20,737 nucleotides of DNA from Vulcanimicrobiota bacterium (GTDB taxonomy: Bacteria > Vulcanimicrobiota > Vulcanimicrobiia > Eremiobacterales > Eremiobacteraceae): assembly GCA_963812135.1 (NCBI GenBank), contig CAWETU010000003.1:1-20737 (forward strand), in the 5' to 3' direction. Numbering within the stretch: the first letter of the stretch is position 1; every line of letters starts with the position of its first letter. The notes beneath the pieces were generated by a model. The model had not been told where the DNA came from. It did no database searches and worked only from the letters and a program-made list of their open reading frames with translations. This document shows, in pieces, positions 8,130 through 15,800 of this stretch. Position numbers and translations under genes: made by a program.

Positions 8130-9458
8130 CTACGCCTTGCCCTTCGGCGTGTAGTCCTCACGGATGGGGACGGTCTGCGCGGCCAACTTCGCAGGCGCCG
8201 GGCTCTGGTCGCAGGGTATGAGCGTCTGGCTGGCCGGCACGATCGAATTGATCTTGAAGAACTGGTTCGGGTACTTCCACTGCGATTTTGGAATCGCTTC
8301 GGTGACCAGCACATCAAGCTCGTTCTGATGGTCGCACGCGCGGATATGACAGAACTTGCGCTGTAGCCCGTTGAAAGTGAGGTCTTCCATCGCCTTCACG
8401 AGGCGCGTCGCGTCTGTCGTGCCGGCGCGCAAGATGCCCGTGATCACCGCCTCGGCCGCGAGCCAGCCGAGATACATCCGCCAGTCGACATACGGCGCGC
8501 CGGCTGCTCGGAGCTTCTTGACGAGGTTGGCCGAGCCTTCGGTCGGATAATCGGGCGTCCACGGGGCGCCCCAAATCCCGAGGTTGTTCTCGACGCCGTA
8601 GCCGAGCGCGACCTCGACGCCATTGAGCGAACCGCCGACCTGCTTGAAGACCTTATCCAAGCCGAGCTGCTTGTATTGCTTCATGCCGTTGACGAGATCA
8701 CCGCCGTACCAGCTCAAGACGAGCACATCCGCGCCGCTGTTCTTGGCTTTGGTGAGCTGCGCGGTGAAGTCGCCTGAGTTCTTCGGAAACGCGGTCAGTT
8801 CGTTGCCTAGGGACGTTCCGCCGTTGGCCTCAAGCACGCTCTGAAATCCTTCTTGGGCCGAATGACCGTACGCGTAGTCGGGCGTTATGAAGAACCACTT
8901 TTTGCCGAATGGAAGGAGCGCTTTGGCCGTCGCGTTCGCGAGCATCGAGTTGGCGGCTGTGGTCCGGAAGCAGCACAGGCGCGCATTGGTTCCCGTGATG
9001 GTCGTGTCGTGCGTGCCGGCCGCGACATAGACGATGCCGATCCGCTGGGCAAGCGCTGAGACGGCCAGACCCACGTTCGACGCCACTTCGCCGACCAGCA
9101 CGTCGACTTTGTCCTGCTCGATGAGCTTCGTAACGTTGGCCCCGGCGATATTAACGTCTGCTGCCGTGTCGGCGTGGATCAGTTTGATCTGTCGGCCAAG
9201 GACGCCGCCGCGCGCGTTCCACTCGTCGGCTGCGACCTTCGCGCCGAGGGACTGGCTGGCTCCGGAGACGGCATACACGCCGCTGCTTTCGTTGACGTCA
9301 CCGATGAGGATCGGTGCGTTGTCGGCGACGGCGGCCGGCGCGTAGCCTAGCGTCGTCGCAACAGCTGCTCCGCTTGCGATCGCGGCTGCGCCCACACCTG
9401 CAGCGAGAAAATCTTTTCTGGAAAGCGAGGATCGGTCTTTTGGCTCGGATTCCGACAT
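8130..9458 (-). CDS. ABC transporter substrate-binding protein, Leu/Ile/Val-binding (type I) family, with Tat-like signal peptide
   Basis: ATG 9458 after AAGGGG. N-terminal SRKDFL then a hydrophobic stretch and AVA cleavage site; NARGGVLGRQI, PDYAYGHS and DFTAQL motifs; first gene of the liv-type operon. Confidence 0.88.
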   Translation of the reverse strand: MSESEPKDRSSLSRKDFLAAGVGAAAIASGAAVATTLGYAPAAVADNAPILIGDVNESSGVYAVSGASQSLGAKVAADEWNARGGVLGRQIKLIHADTAADVNIAGANVTKLIEQDKVDVLVGEVASNVGLAVSALAQRIGIVYVAAGTHDTTITGTNARLCCFRTTAANSMLANATAKALLPFGKKWFFITPDYAYGHSAQEGFQSVLEANGGTSLGNELTAFPKNSGDFTAQLTKAKNSGADVLVLSWYGGDLVNGMKQYKQLGLDKVFKQVGGSLNGVEVALGYGVENNLGIWGAPWTPDYPTEGSANLVKKLRAAGAPYVDWRMYLGWLAAEAVITGILRAGTTDATRLVKAMEDLTFNGLQRKFCHIRACDHQNELDVLVTEAIPKSQWKYPNQFFKINSIVPASQTLIPCDQSPAPAKLAAQTVPIREDYTPKGKA

Positions 9459-9569
9459 TGTCTTCCCCTTTGCGCCCATTTCGCAGCGATACGGATGAAC
9501 GCCGTCTGTTCAAGTGCGACAACGGCGTCGGTTTCTCGTGCGGCCACTACCGAAGGCTAGGGCCGGACT

Positions 9570-9578
9570 ATTATGCCA
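9570..9578 (-). promoter_or_regulatory. Putative extended -10 promoter (TGgCATAAT) of the ABC operon
   Basis: Minus strand gcTGgCATAATag about 110 nt upstream of the binding-protein start. No clear -35. Confidence 0.45.
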
Positions 9579-9605
9579 GCTTTTTGCCGTCTCCTGTGGC
9601 TTTAG

Positions 9606-10673
9606 CTAGTCGGGGTGCATCGGCTGCGCGGGTATCGGGCCGGGCGCGGGCACAACTCCGCCGGGCCGGATGCCGCGCAGCATATCCGACCACGCCCTGG
9701 CGATCGCCGGGTAGATGGTGGCGAGCGAGTGCGTACCGGCCGGTTGCTCGTAGTAGCCAGTGGGTATGCCGCGCTCGCGCAAGACGCGAGCCGCGAGCCG
9801 GACGTAGGCGTTGGGTATCACGTCGTCGTCGACGCCTGAAACCATGTAGACCGGCTTGCCCGCAAAGCTGGCGAACACCGCTTGTTCGTCCTCGTTGGTG
9901 GGTCCGCCGGCGATCGCCAAAAACCCGGCCCAGTCGCCAGGGCGCTGGGGACCGACCGAATACACGCCATACCCGCCCATCGAATATCCCGCGAGAAACG
10001 TGCGATGCGAGTCGATATTGAACGCCGCTTTGGCGGCGTCGAGCGTCGCGTAGATATCTTGTGGCGCAGGTTCGGCGTACTGGACGTCACCGCGACCGTA
10101 GGGCGCGACGACGATCGCGCCGCTCGCGTCGGCGAGTTCCCGGAACCACTTGATCGCTAGGATGTCCATCTCGCTCTGCGTGCGCCCGTGCAAGAGGATG
10201 ACCAGCGGCGCGGCTTTGTCTGCACGATATGACAGCGGCACGTAGATCGCCACCGGTTGCATCGTGCCGTCCGCCGGCGAGCGCACGACGACTTCGTCGA
10301 CGCCGCGGACCGCGGACCAGGGATGATACTGGCCGGTCGCTAGCTGATGGATCAGCGTCGCCGTCATGTCCGCTTCGAGTGCCATCGCCTGCGCGTACAC
10401 TTCCGGCGTGATGCTTCTCGACGCCGGGATGTCATTCAACGTTCCGAAGTCCTCGTCGAGACGCGTCTCGATCATGACGGCCGAGCGCGATCGCTGATCG
10501 ATCGCGCTGAAGTGAGTCATCAGCTCCTGGCGGGCGTCGCCGAGCTCTTTGCGGGCCAGCACGAGGGCCGTGGGGGTCACCCGCGGCGCCGGCGCGGGAG
10601 CCAGCGGTGGAGGTGTGGCCGTTGCCCCCGCCTGCGCGACGAGCGCGAGGGCGAGCGCGAGAGCGTGGGTCAT
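9606..10673 (-). CDS. Secreted alpha/beta hydrolase (esterase/peptidase-like) with Pro-rich linker and helical N-terminal region
   Basis: PLVILLHG, nucleophile GYSMGG, Asp in GVDDDVIP, His in GTHS. Signal-like MTHALALALALVAQA. Start could be as far upstream as 10730. Confidence 0.8.
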   Translation of the reverse strand: MTHALALALALVAQAGATATPPPLAPAPAPRVTPTALVLARKELGDARQELMTHFSAIDQRSRSAVMIETRLDEDFGTLNDIPASRSITPEVYAQAMALEADMTATLIHQLATGQYHPWSAVRGVDEVVVRSPADGTMQPVAIYVPLSYRADKAAPLVILLHGRTQSEMDILAIKWFRELADASGAIVVAPYGRGDVQYAEPAPQDIYATLDAAKAAFNIDSHRTFLAGYSMGGYGVYSVGPQRPGDWAGFLAIAGGPTNEDEQAVFASFAGKPVYMVSGVDDDVIPNAYVRLAARVLRERGIPTGYYEQPAGTHSLATIYPAIARAWSDMLRGIRPGGVVPAPGPIPAQPMHPD

Positions 10674-10751
10674 GAGGGTGCGTGATTCGACAGCGTCGAG
10701 CACCGGTCCCATGCGCCGAATTAGTGCCATCTTTTTGCAATGTCGCGATAA

Positions 10752-10780
10752 TGAAACCTTAGCCGTCGAACGGTAGTATA
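10752..10780 (+). promoter_or_regulatory. Possible ECF-sigma-type promoter TGAAAC-N17-AGTATA
   Basis: TGAAACCTT at 10752-10760 and AGTATA at 10775-10780 resemble the SigW-type TGAAAC...(C/A)GTA pattern. TATAGT at 10777-10782 is an alternative -10. Confidence 0.35.
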
Positions 10781-10816
10781 GTCGGCGTCAGTAACAACAC
10801 GGCGAAAAGGAGACAT

Positions 10817-11347
10817 ATGCATATGCTCGCAGGTTCCAAAGCCGGTGTCCGTCGCATTGCGGCTACCGCGATGACGCTCAGCGTTTGCGCAGCGCTGCTC
10901 GTCCACATCCCCGCCTCAGCTGCCGCAACATCTGTCCAGACGGTTGCCGATGCGGGCGGCGCGTGCGGCAGTCTCGAGATCGGCAGCAGCGCAAGCAAGG
11001 ACGTCCTCGCCGCCGAGAATTGTTTCTCGAAAGCCTACACGAATTGCGATGCGGCGCTGATCTCGGTCGGTTACCACGGCGGTGATGCCGGCGTCTCGCG
11101 CACGTTCGAGACGATGCGCAACCAGAACAGCGACGCATGCCAGATCGCAGAAGTGGTCGACCACTACAAGGGATCGAACGTCGCGTCGAGCGATACGTAT
11201 CTCTGCAACGACGTCAAGCAAGCCGGCGACGGCCTCACGTTCAAGGACTGTGGAGCCGAAGGCGACGTCTTCGTGCCGAGCGATCTCGGCTCGTCCAGCG
11301 CGAAGAAGCTGATGACGCTTGCGGACGCGTTCCGGCTCGCGACTTAA
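10817..11347 (+). CDS. Hypothetical secreted protein with six cysteines in the mature region
   Basis: AAGGAG RBS at 10807-10812, ATG at 10817 or 10823. Signal peptide (RR, hydrophobic core, ASA). Strong GC3 codon bias. Followed by a terminator. Confidence 0.8.
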   Translation: MHMLAGSKAGVRRIAATAMTLSVCAALLVHIPASAAATSVQTVADAGGACGSLEIGSSASKDVLAAENCFSKAYTNCDAALISVGYHGGDAGVSRTFETMRNQNSDACQIAEVVDHYKGSNVASSDTYLCNDVKQAGDGLTFKDCGAEGDVFVPSDLGSSSAKKLMTLADAFRLAT

Positions 11348-11367
11348 TCCACACAGGACGTACGACG

Positions 11368-11402
11368 GGAGAGGCGCTGAGGGAATCGGCGCCTTTTCAT
11401 TT
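11368..11402 (+). terminator. Intrinsic terminator after the cysteine-rich protein gene
   Basis: AGGCGCTGA-gggaa-TCGGCGCCT stem (one G-U pair) followed by TTTCATTT. Confidence 0.65.
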
Positions 11403-11418
11403 GAAGCCGCGCACCGCA

Positions 11419-12342
11419 ATGCGCGTCGTCAGCCTCCTGCCGAGCGCGACAGAGATCCTCTACGCGATCGGCGCCGGGGACGATGTCGTCGGCGTCACCC
11501 ATGAGTGCGATTTCCCGCCGCGCGCGCGCAGCAAGCCGCGCTTGACCTCGAGCGCGCTGCCGGCGGTCGCGCGCGCGGCCGACATCGACCGCCACGTGCG
11601 CGCGCACTTGCACGCCGGCTCGTCAATCTACACGCTGGATGCGGCGCTGCTCGAGCAACTGCGCCCAGACCTTATCGTCACCCAGGAACTGTGTCCGGTG
11701 TGCGCGGTCTCGTACGAGACGGTCAGCCACGCGACGCGCCGTTTGCAGGGTGATCCGCGCCTCGTCTCGCTCGAACCGTCCAGTCTCGCGGACGTGTACG
11801 CGACGATCGAGTCGATCGGCGCGCTGACCGGCAAAGCCGGTGCGGCGGATGCTCTTGTTGCGCAGCTGCGCGATCGCGAAGGCGCGTTGCGCGCGCTGAC
11901 GGCCGCTGGCCCTCGCCCGGCCACGCTCGTGCTCGAGTGGACGGATCCGCCGATGAGCGGCGGCCACTGGACGCCCGGACTCGTCGAGCTCGCGGGCGGG
12001 CGGGCGCTTCTCGCGCATCCCGGCGCGGATTCACAACGCTTGGACTGGGATGCGATCGCAAGCGCCGATCCCGACATCATCATCATCGCGCCGTGCGGCT
12101 TCGATCTAGCAGCGTCGCTGCGCGCCACTGGCGAGCTTGCCGATAATTCCGTGTGGAGCGGTCTGCGCGCCGTGCGAGCCGGTCGCGTGGCGGTCGTCGA
12201 CGGCAACGCCTATGTCAATCGTCCTGGACCGCGCCTGCTGGACTCAGCGGAGATATTCGCAGCGGCGATCCATCCCGAGATCGCGCGCTCGCTGCCCGAA
12301 TATCGTGACGGTTGGTCCTGGCTTTCCCTCGCGGCGCGCTAG
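11419..12342 (+). CDS. BtuF-like cobalamin/iron-chelate binding protein (helical backbone family), no signal peptide
   Basis: MRVVSLLPSATEILYAIG, VGVTHECDFP, LRPDLIVTQ.LC.VCAV, LEWTDP, GHW, PCGFD, NRPGPRL. The true start is ATG 11419 within ORF 11137..12342. Confidence 0.85.
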   Translation: MRVVSLLPSATEILYAIGAGDDVVGVTHECDFPPRARSKPRLTSSALPAVARAADIDRHVRAHLHAGSSIYTLDAALLEQLRPDLIVTQELCPVCAVSYETVSHATRRLQGDPRLVSLEPSSLADVYATIESIGALTGKAGAADALVAQLRDREGALRALTAAGPRPATLVLEWTDPPMSGGHWTPGLVELAGGRALLAHPGADSQRLDWDAIASADPDIIIIAPCGFDLAASLRATGELADNSVWSGLRAVRAGRVAVVDGNAYVNRPGPRLLDSAEIFAAAIHPEIARSLPEYRDGWSWLSLAAR

Positions 12343-12346
12343 TCGT

Positions 12347-13246
12347 CTACGAGAGCGCGCGGCGCAGATCCCCGTCACAACGTTCGAGCAGCTCACTCGC
12401 TTCTTTTGGACTGCAGCGCCGGCGCAATACGACGACCGCCGGCTTGACGCCATACTCGCAGGCCTCCAGCGCCGCGCGCGCTTCTTCTTCTCCCCGCCCG
12501 GAAAGCAGCGCGACCATACGCACGGCGCGCGCACGCAGTTTTTCATTCGTCGCGGCGACGCCGACCATGAGGTTGCCATGGACGCGGCCGAGTTTGACCA
12601 TGACCGCGGTGCTGATCGTCGCGAGCGCCATTTTTTGTGCAGAGGCCGCCTTCATGCGCGTCGAACCGGCCACCGCTTCGGCGCCGGTCAGCAGCGCTAT
12701 CGGCACGTTCACCGCTTGCGCCAGCGGACTGCGCTGATCGTTGGTGATGCCAACAGTGAGCGCGCCGGCGCCGGCCGCTTCACGCATCGCGCCAAGCACG
12801 TACGGCGCGCGGCCGCTCGCTGACAGTCCGATTACAGCATCGGCCGAGCCGATGCGCGCCAAACGCACCTCCGCGCCGCCCGCCGCCGCGTCATCTTCAG
12901 CGCCTTCTACAGCGCGCGACATCGCGGCCGGGCCGCCGGCGATGTGCGCGACGACCAAGTCATCGGGGACCGAGAACGTCGGCGGCATTTCGGCGGCGTC
13001 CGTCACGCCGATCCGTCCGCTCGTGCCCGCACCGAAATAGTGAAGCCGTCCACCGCGCGCGAGCCGGGCGGCGATCGCGTCGACCGCGGTGCCGATCGCG
13101 TCGAGCTCGCGCTCGACCGCCCACGCCGCGCGGCGGTCTTCGTCATTGATGCGATGCAGCAGCTCGTGCGTGTCGAGCCGATCGAGATCCGCGGTCGACG
13201 GATTGATCTCTTCCGTCAGCGGCAGGTCGTGGCGATTCTCACTCAT
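12347..13246 (-). CDS. murQ: N-acetylmuramic acid 6-phosphate etherase
   Basis: TEEINP, GAGTSGRIGVTDAAEMPPTF, EGAED, SASGRAPYV, GSTRMKA..AQKM, GNLMV, TNEKL..RA. Both catalytic Glu motifs present. Start ATG 13246 overlaps the kinase end. Confidence 0.96.
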   Translation of the reverse strand: MSENRHDLPLTEEINPSTADLDRLDTHELLHRINDEDRRAAWAVERELDAIGTAVDAIAARLARGGRLHYFGAGTSGRIGVTDAAEMPPTFSVPDDLVVAHIAGGPAAMSRAVEGAEDDAAAGGAEVRLARIGSADAVIGLSASGRAPYVLGAMREAAGAGALTVGITNDQRSPLAQAVNVPIALLTGAEAVAGSTRMKAASAQKMALATISTAVMVKLGRVHGNLMVGVAATNEKLRARAVRMVALLSGRGEEEARAALEACEYGVKPAVVVLRRRCSPKEASELLERCDGDLRRALS

Positions 13247-14180
13247 GGCGTACGGTTTCGAGAGCGAGGCGCGCGGCGCCCAGCGCCGGCGAAACCGAAA
13301 GCAATGTGATATCGCATGGGCCGCGAGCCAGTAGGGTCGCACGCACCACGTCCGCCAGCGCGGGAACCACTTCGAAAACGCCGCCGGTGAACGCCACCGG
13401 CAAAGGCCGGGCGCCTTCGCGCACCTCGGCAGCCACCCTATTGGCAAGTCCCCCCAGCACCGCGCCGTGCTGTTCGACGATGCTGCGCGCGGCTTGGTCG
13501 CCCGATTCATATGCCGCGCCCACATGGATGGCGAGCCTTGAGATCTCCGCGACCCGCAGGTGCGCGTCGCGCAACCGCTCGTCGACATCGACGGCGCTGC
13601 GCGCGTCGAAAGCGCTCGCGACGAACGTGGCCAGGTCTTGCTTGCGCTCGAGACCATCGAGCGCCGCCGACGTGTGCTCGAGCGCGCTCCGAGCGATCGC
13701 GTAGCCGCTGCCAGGATCGCCCACCCGTGCTCCCTTGCCGCCGGCGCGAGACGGCGTGCCGTCTCTGCGCTCGCCATAGACCAGTGAACCAGTGCCGGCT
13801 ATGACGACCATCGCAGGCCGATGCGGCGTTGAGGCTTCCAGCGCGATGCGGCCGTCGTGCACGATCGTCAAGGCGACGTTCGGGGGCATCAAAGGGGCGA
13901 CGATCGTGCGCAACGAGTCGATCTGAGTCTCGCCGCCGGCGCCGGCAGCGCCGATGCAGATCGCGCGCACGTCGCCGCGCTCGAGCAGCGGCGCGAGCAC
14001 CGCCGCGAGGCTGCGTCCGACGGCTTCAGGGGTGTCGACGCGCAGATTTGCGCCGGCGCCGAGCGACCTGGCGACCTCGGCGCCGTTCGCGTCGACCAGA
14101 ATCCCCTCGGTGTGGCTCGCGCCGGCATCGATGCCGATCGCGACGCCGCGACCCTCAATAGTCGACTTGGTCGGTGACAT
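13239..14180 (-). CDS. BadF/BadG/BcrA/BcrD-family sugar kinase (GlcNAc/MurNAc kinase-like)
   Basis: GIDAGASHT, GAGAN, IGAAGAG, HDG, IAGTGS, RAGG.G..VGD.GSGY, TGGVF, PALGA motifs; lies between anmK and murQ. Confidence 0.85.
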   Translation of the reverse strand: MSPTKSTIEGRGVAIGIDAGASHTEGILVDANGAEVARSLGAGANLRVDTPEAVGRSLAAVLAPLLERGDVRAICIGAAGAGGETQIDSLRTIVAPLMPPNVALTIVHDGRIALEASTPHRPAMVVIAGTGSLVYGERRDGTPSRAGGKGARVGDPGSGYAIARSALEHTSAALDGLERKQDLATFVASAFDARSAVDVDERLRDAHLRVAEISRLAIHVGAAYESGDQAARSIVEQHGAVLGGLANRVAAEVREGARPLPVAFTGGVFEVVPALADVVRATLLARGPCDITLLSVSPALGAARLALETVRHE

Positions 14181-14622
14181 GCACACTCGCGCCTTGATAC
14201 GGAGCGTTCCAGTAGGTCACGGTCGCCGGAGTCTTCCCAATCACAAGATTCGCAGGCGGGAATGGATCGTGAACCCGTCGACCGTTCATCCTTAACGGAT
14301 ACCCGACGAAGAAGTCCATCATCGTGCCCGCGTGCGTTCGAAGCACGACGTGACCTTGCTTCATTCCGATACCGTATTCTGCGACGATGCCGCCGATGTG
14401 CCGGACTGATACACCGCGCGGCCGGCTCGGAAAGAAACCGATCTCGCCGGCGGGCAGCAGCCGTGGCACCCTCGTCTGAAGCGGCCCGACGACCATCGGC
14501 CTCCCCGACGGCATGGACGTCGCCACCGCGACCGGTCCCGCATTCACGGGTGTCACTTCGCGATGCGAGGACGCGCACCCGGCGCACAACACCACCGCAC
14601 ACATCGTGGTGAGCCATCTCAC
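14155..14622 (-). CDS. Hypothetical lipoprotein (~155 aa)
   Basis: GTG 14622 overlaps the anmK stop (GTGA). MRWLTTMCAVVLCAG-C is a short signal ending in a lipobox-like Cys. The ORF fills the gap between anmK and the kinase exactly. Confidence 0.65.
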   Translation of the reverse strand: MRWLTTMCAVVLCAGCASSHREVTPVNAGPVAVATSMPSGRPMVVGPLQTRVPRLLPAGEIGFFPSRPRGVSVRHIGGIVAEYGIGMKQGHVVLRTHAGTMMDFFVGYPLRMNGRRVHDPFPPANLVIGKTPATVTYWNAPYQGASVHVTDQVDY

Positions 14623-15800
14623 GATTGTGCCCAAATCGTGCGCATCAGTTTCGCGAAATTCTTGCCGGGCGCGATCACGCCCATCACCACGCCGCTGCGC
14701 GCACCCGTGGCGGAAGGCAGATTGTTGGCGCGGCCATACAGCGCTTCGTGCGCGAGCACGGCGAACGCCATCGCTTCCTTGGCGTCCACGGGCATGCCGA
14801 ACGCATCCGAGCGCTCGATCGCGGCGCGCACGGAGCGCTTCTCCAGTTCATCTTCTAACATCGTCATCAGCGCCCGGTTGTGGACGCCGCCGCCCGCCAC
14901 GATGATCCGCTGGCATTCGCGCGGCACGGCGGCGGCGATCGTGTGCGCGGTCAGCGCCGTCACGCTCGCGATCAGATTCGGGCCGGTGACGCCGAGGTTC
15001 GCGGCGCGCTGCAAGACGTCGCCTGCGTACGCCTCACCGAATTCCTCACGGCCCGTCGACTTCGGACTCGGCCGGCGGAACCACGGCTCTTCCATCAACT
15101 CGTCCACGAGCGCCTGTGAGACGTGGCCGCCTTGCGCCAGCGCGCCACCGCGGTCGTAACGCTGCACGCCGTGCGATTCGAAGCGCATGCATGCGTCGAT
15201 CAGCATGTTCCCCGGTCCAGTGTCGAACGCTCGGACTTGCTCGGGACTCGCGCCGGCAGGCAACCAGGTCACGTTGGCGATGCCGCCGATGTTGAGCGCA
15301 AGCCGGTGCTCCGTGTCGCTGCGCAACAAGAGATAGTCCACGAACGGCACGAGCGGCGCCCCTTCACCGCCGGCGGCCACGTCGGCGACGCGAAAGTCCC
15401 CGACGCTCGTCACGCCGGTCGCTTGCGCGATGATCGAGGGCGAACCGATCTGCAGCGTCGCGCGCGCCTCGGGCCGTGCGCCCGCGGCGTGGTATAACGT
15501 CTGGCCGTGCGAGCCGATCGCGTCGACGCCCGCCATGTCGATGCCCGCGCGCGTGCACAGGCGCGTTGCGGCGTCGGCAAACGCCTCCGCAATGCGAGCG
15601 TTGAGCACGCAAACGTCTCGCGTGCTGCCTTGTTTAGGGGGCAGCGATGCTTCGAGCGATGCGCGCAAAGCCGCGTCGTACGGCGCCGTCGAGTGGCCAA
15701 GCAACGCGATGTCGAGGCGATCGCCGTGGCGTTCGACGTCGATCGCGGCGGCGTCGATGCCGTCGAGCGAGGTGCCCGACATCAGACCGATGATGCGCAT
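14619..15800 (-). CDS. anmK: Anhydro-N-acetylmuramic acid kinase
   Basis: GLMSGTSLDGID, GSHGQT, DFR..DVAAGGEGAPLVP, NIGGIANVT, DTGPGNMLID, PKSTGRE.FG, GGGVHN, KEAMAFA. Confidence 0.96.
   Translation of the reverse strand: MRIIGLMSGTSLDGIDAAAIDVERHGDRLDIALLGHSTAPYDAALRASLEASLPPKQGSTRDVCVLNARIAEAFADAATRLCTRAGIDMAGVDAIGSHGQTLYHAAGARPEARATLQIGSPSIIAQATGVTSVGDFRVADVAAGGEGAPLVPFVDYLLLRSDTEHRLALNIGGIANVTWLPAGASPEQVRAFDTGPGNMLIDACMRFESHGVQRYDRGGALAQGGHVSQALVDELMEEPWFRRPSPKSTGREEFGEAYAGDVLQRAANLGVTGPNLIASVTALTAHTIAAAVPRECQRIIVAGGGVHNRALMTMLEDELEKRSVRAAIERSDAFGMPVDAKEAMAFAVLAHEALYGRANNLPSATGARSGVVMGVIAPGKNFAKLMRTIWAQS

Noticed and set aside
11348..11418. Cobalamin riboswitch upstream of the BtuF-like gene (AGGGAATCGGCG resembles the AGGGAA...GGUG core)
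   Set aside because: The gap is only ~70 nt, the other conserved elements are missing, and the match lies in the loop and arm of a terminator.
11137..11418. N-terminal extension of the BtuF-like ORF in the ORF track
   Set aside because: It overlaps the cysteine-rich gene in another frame and crosses a terminator; family similarity starts at ATG 11419.
13247..13777. Long N-terminal extension of MurQ (476-aa ORF)
   Set aside because: It is an alternative frame of the kinase gene with Arg/Ser-rich shadow composition; MurQ similarity starts at 13246.
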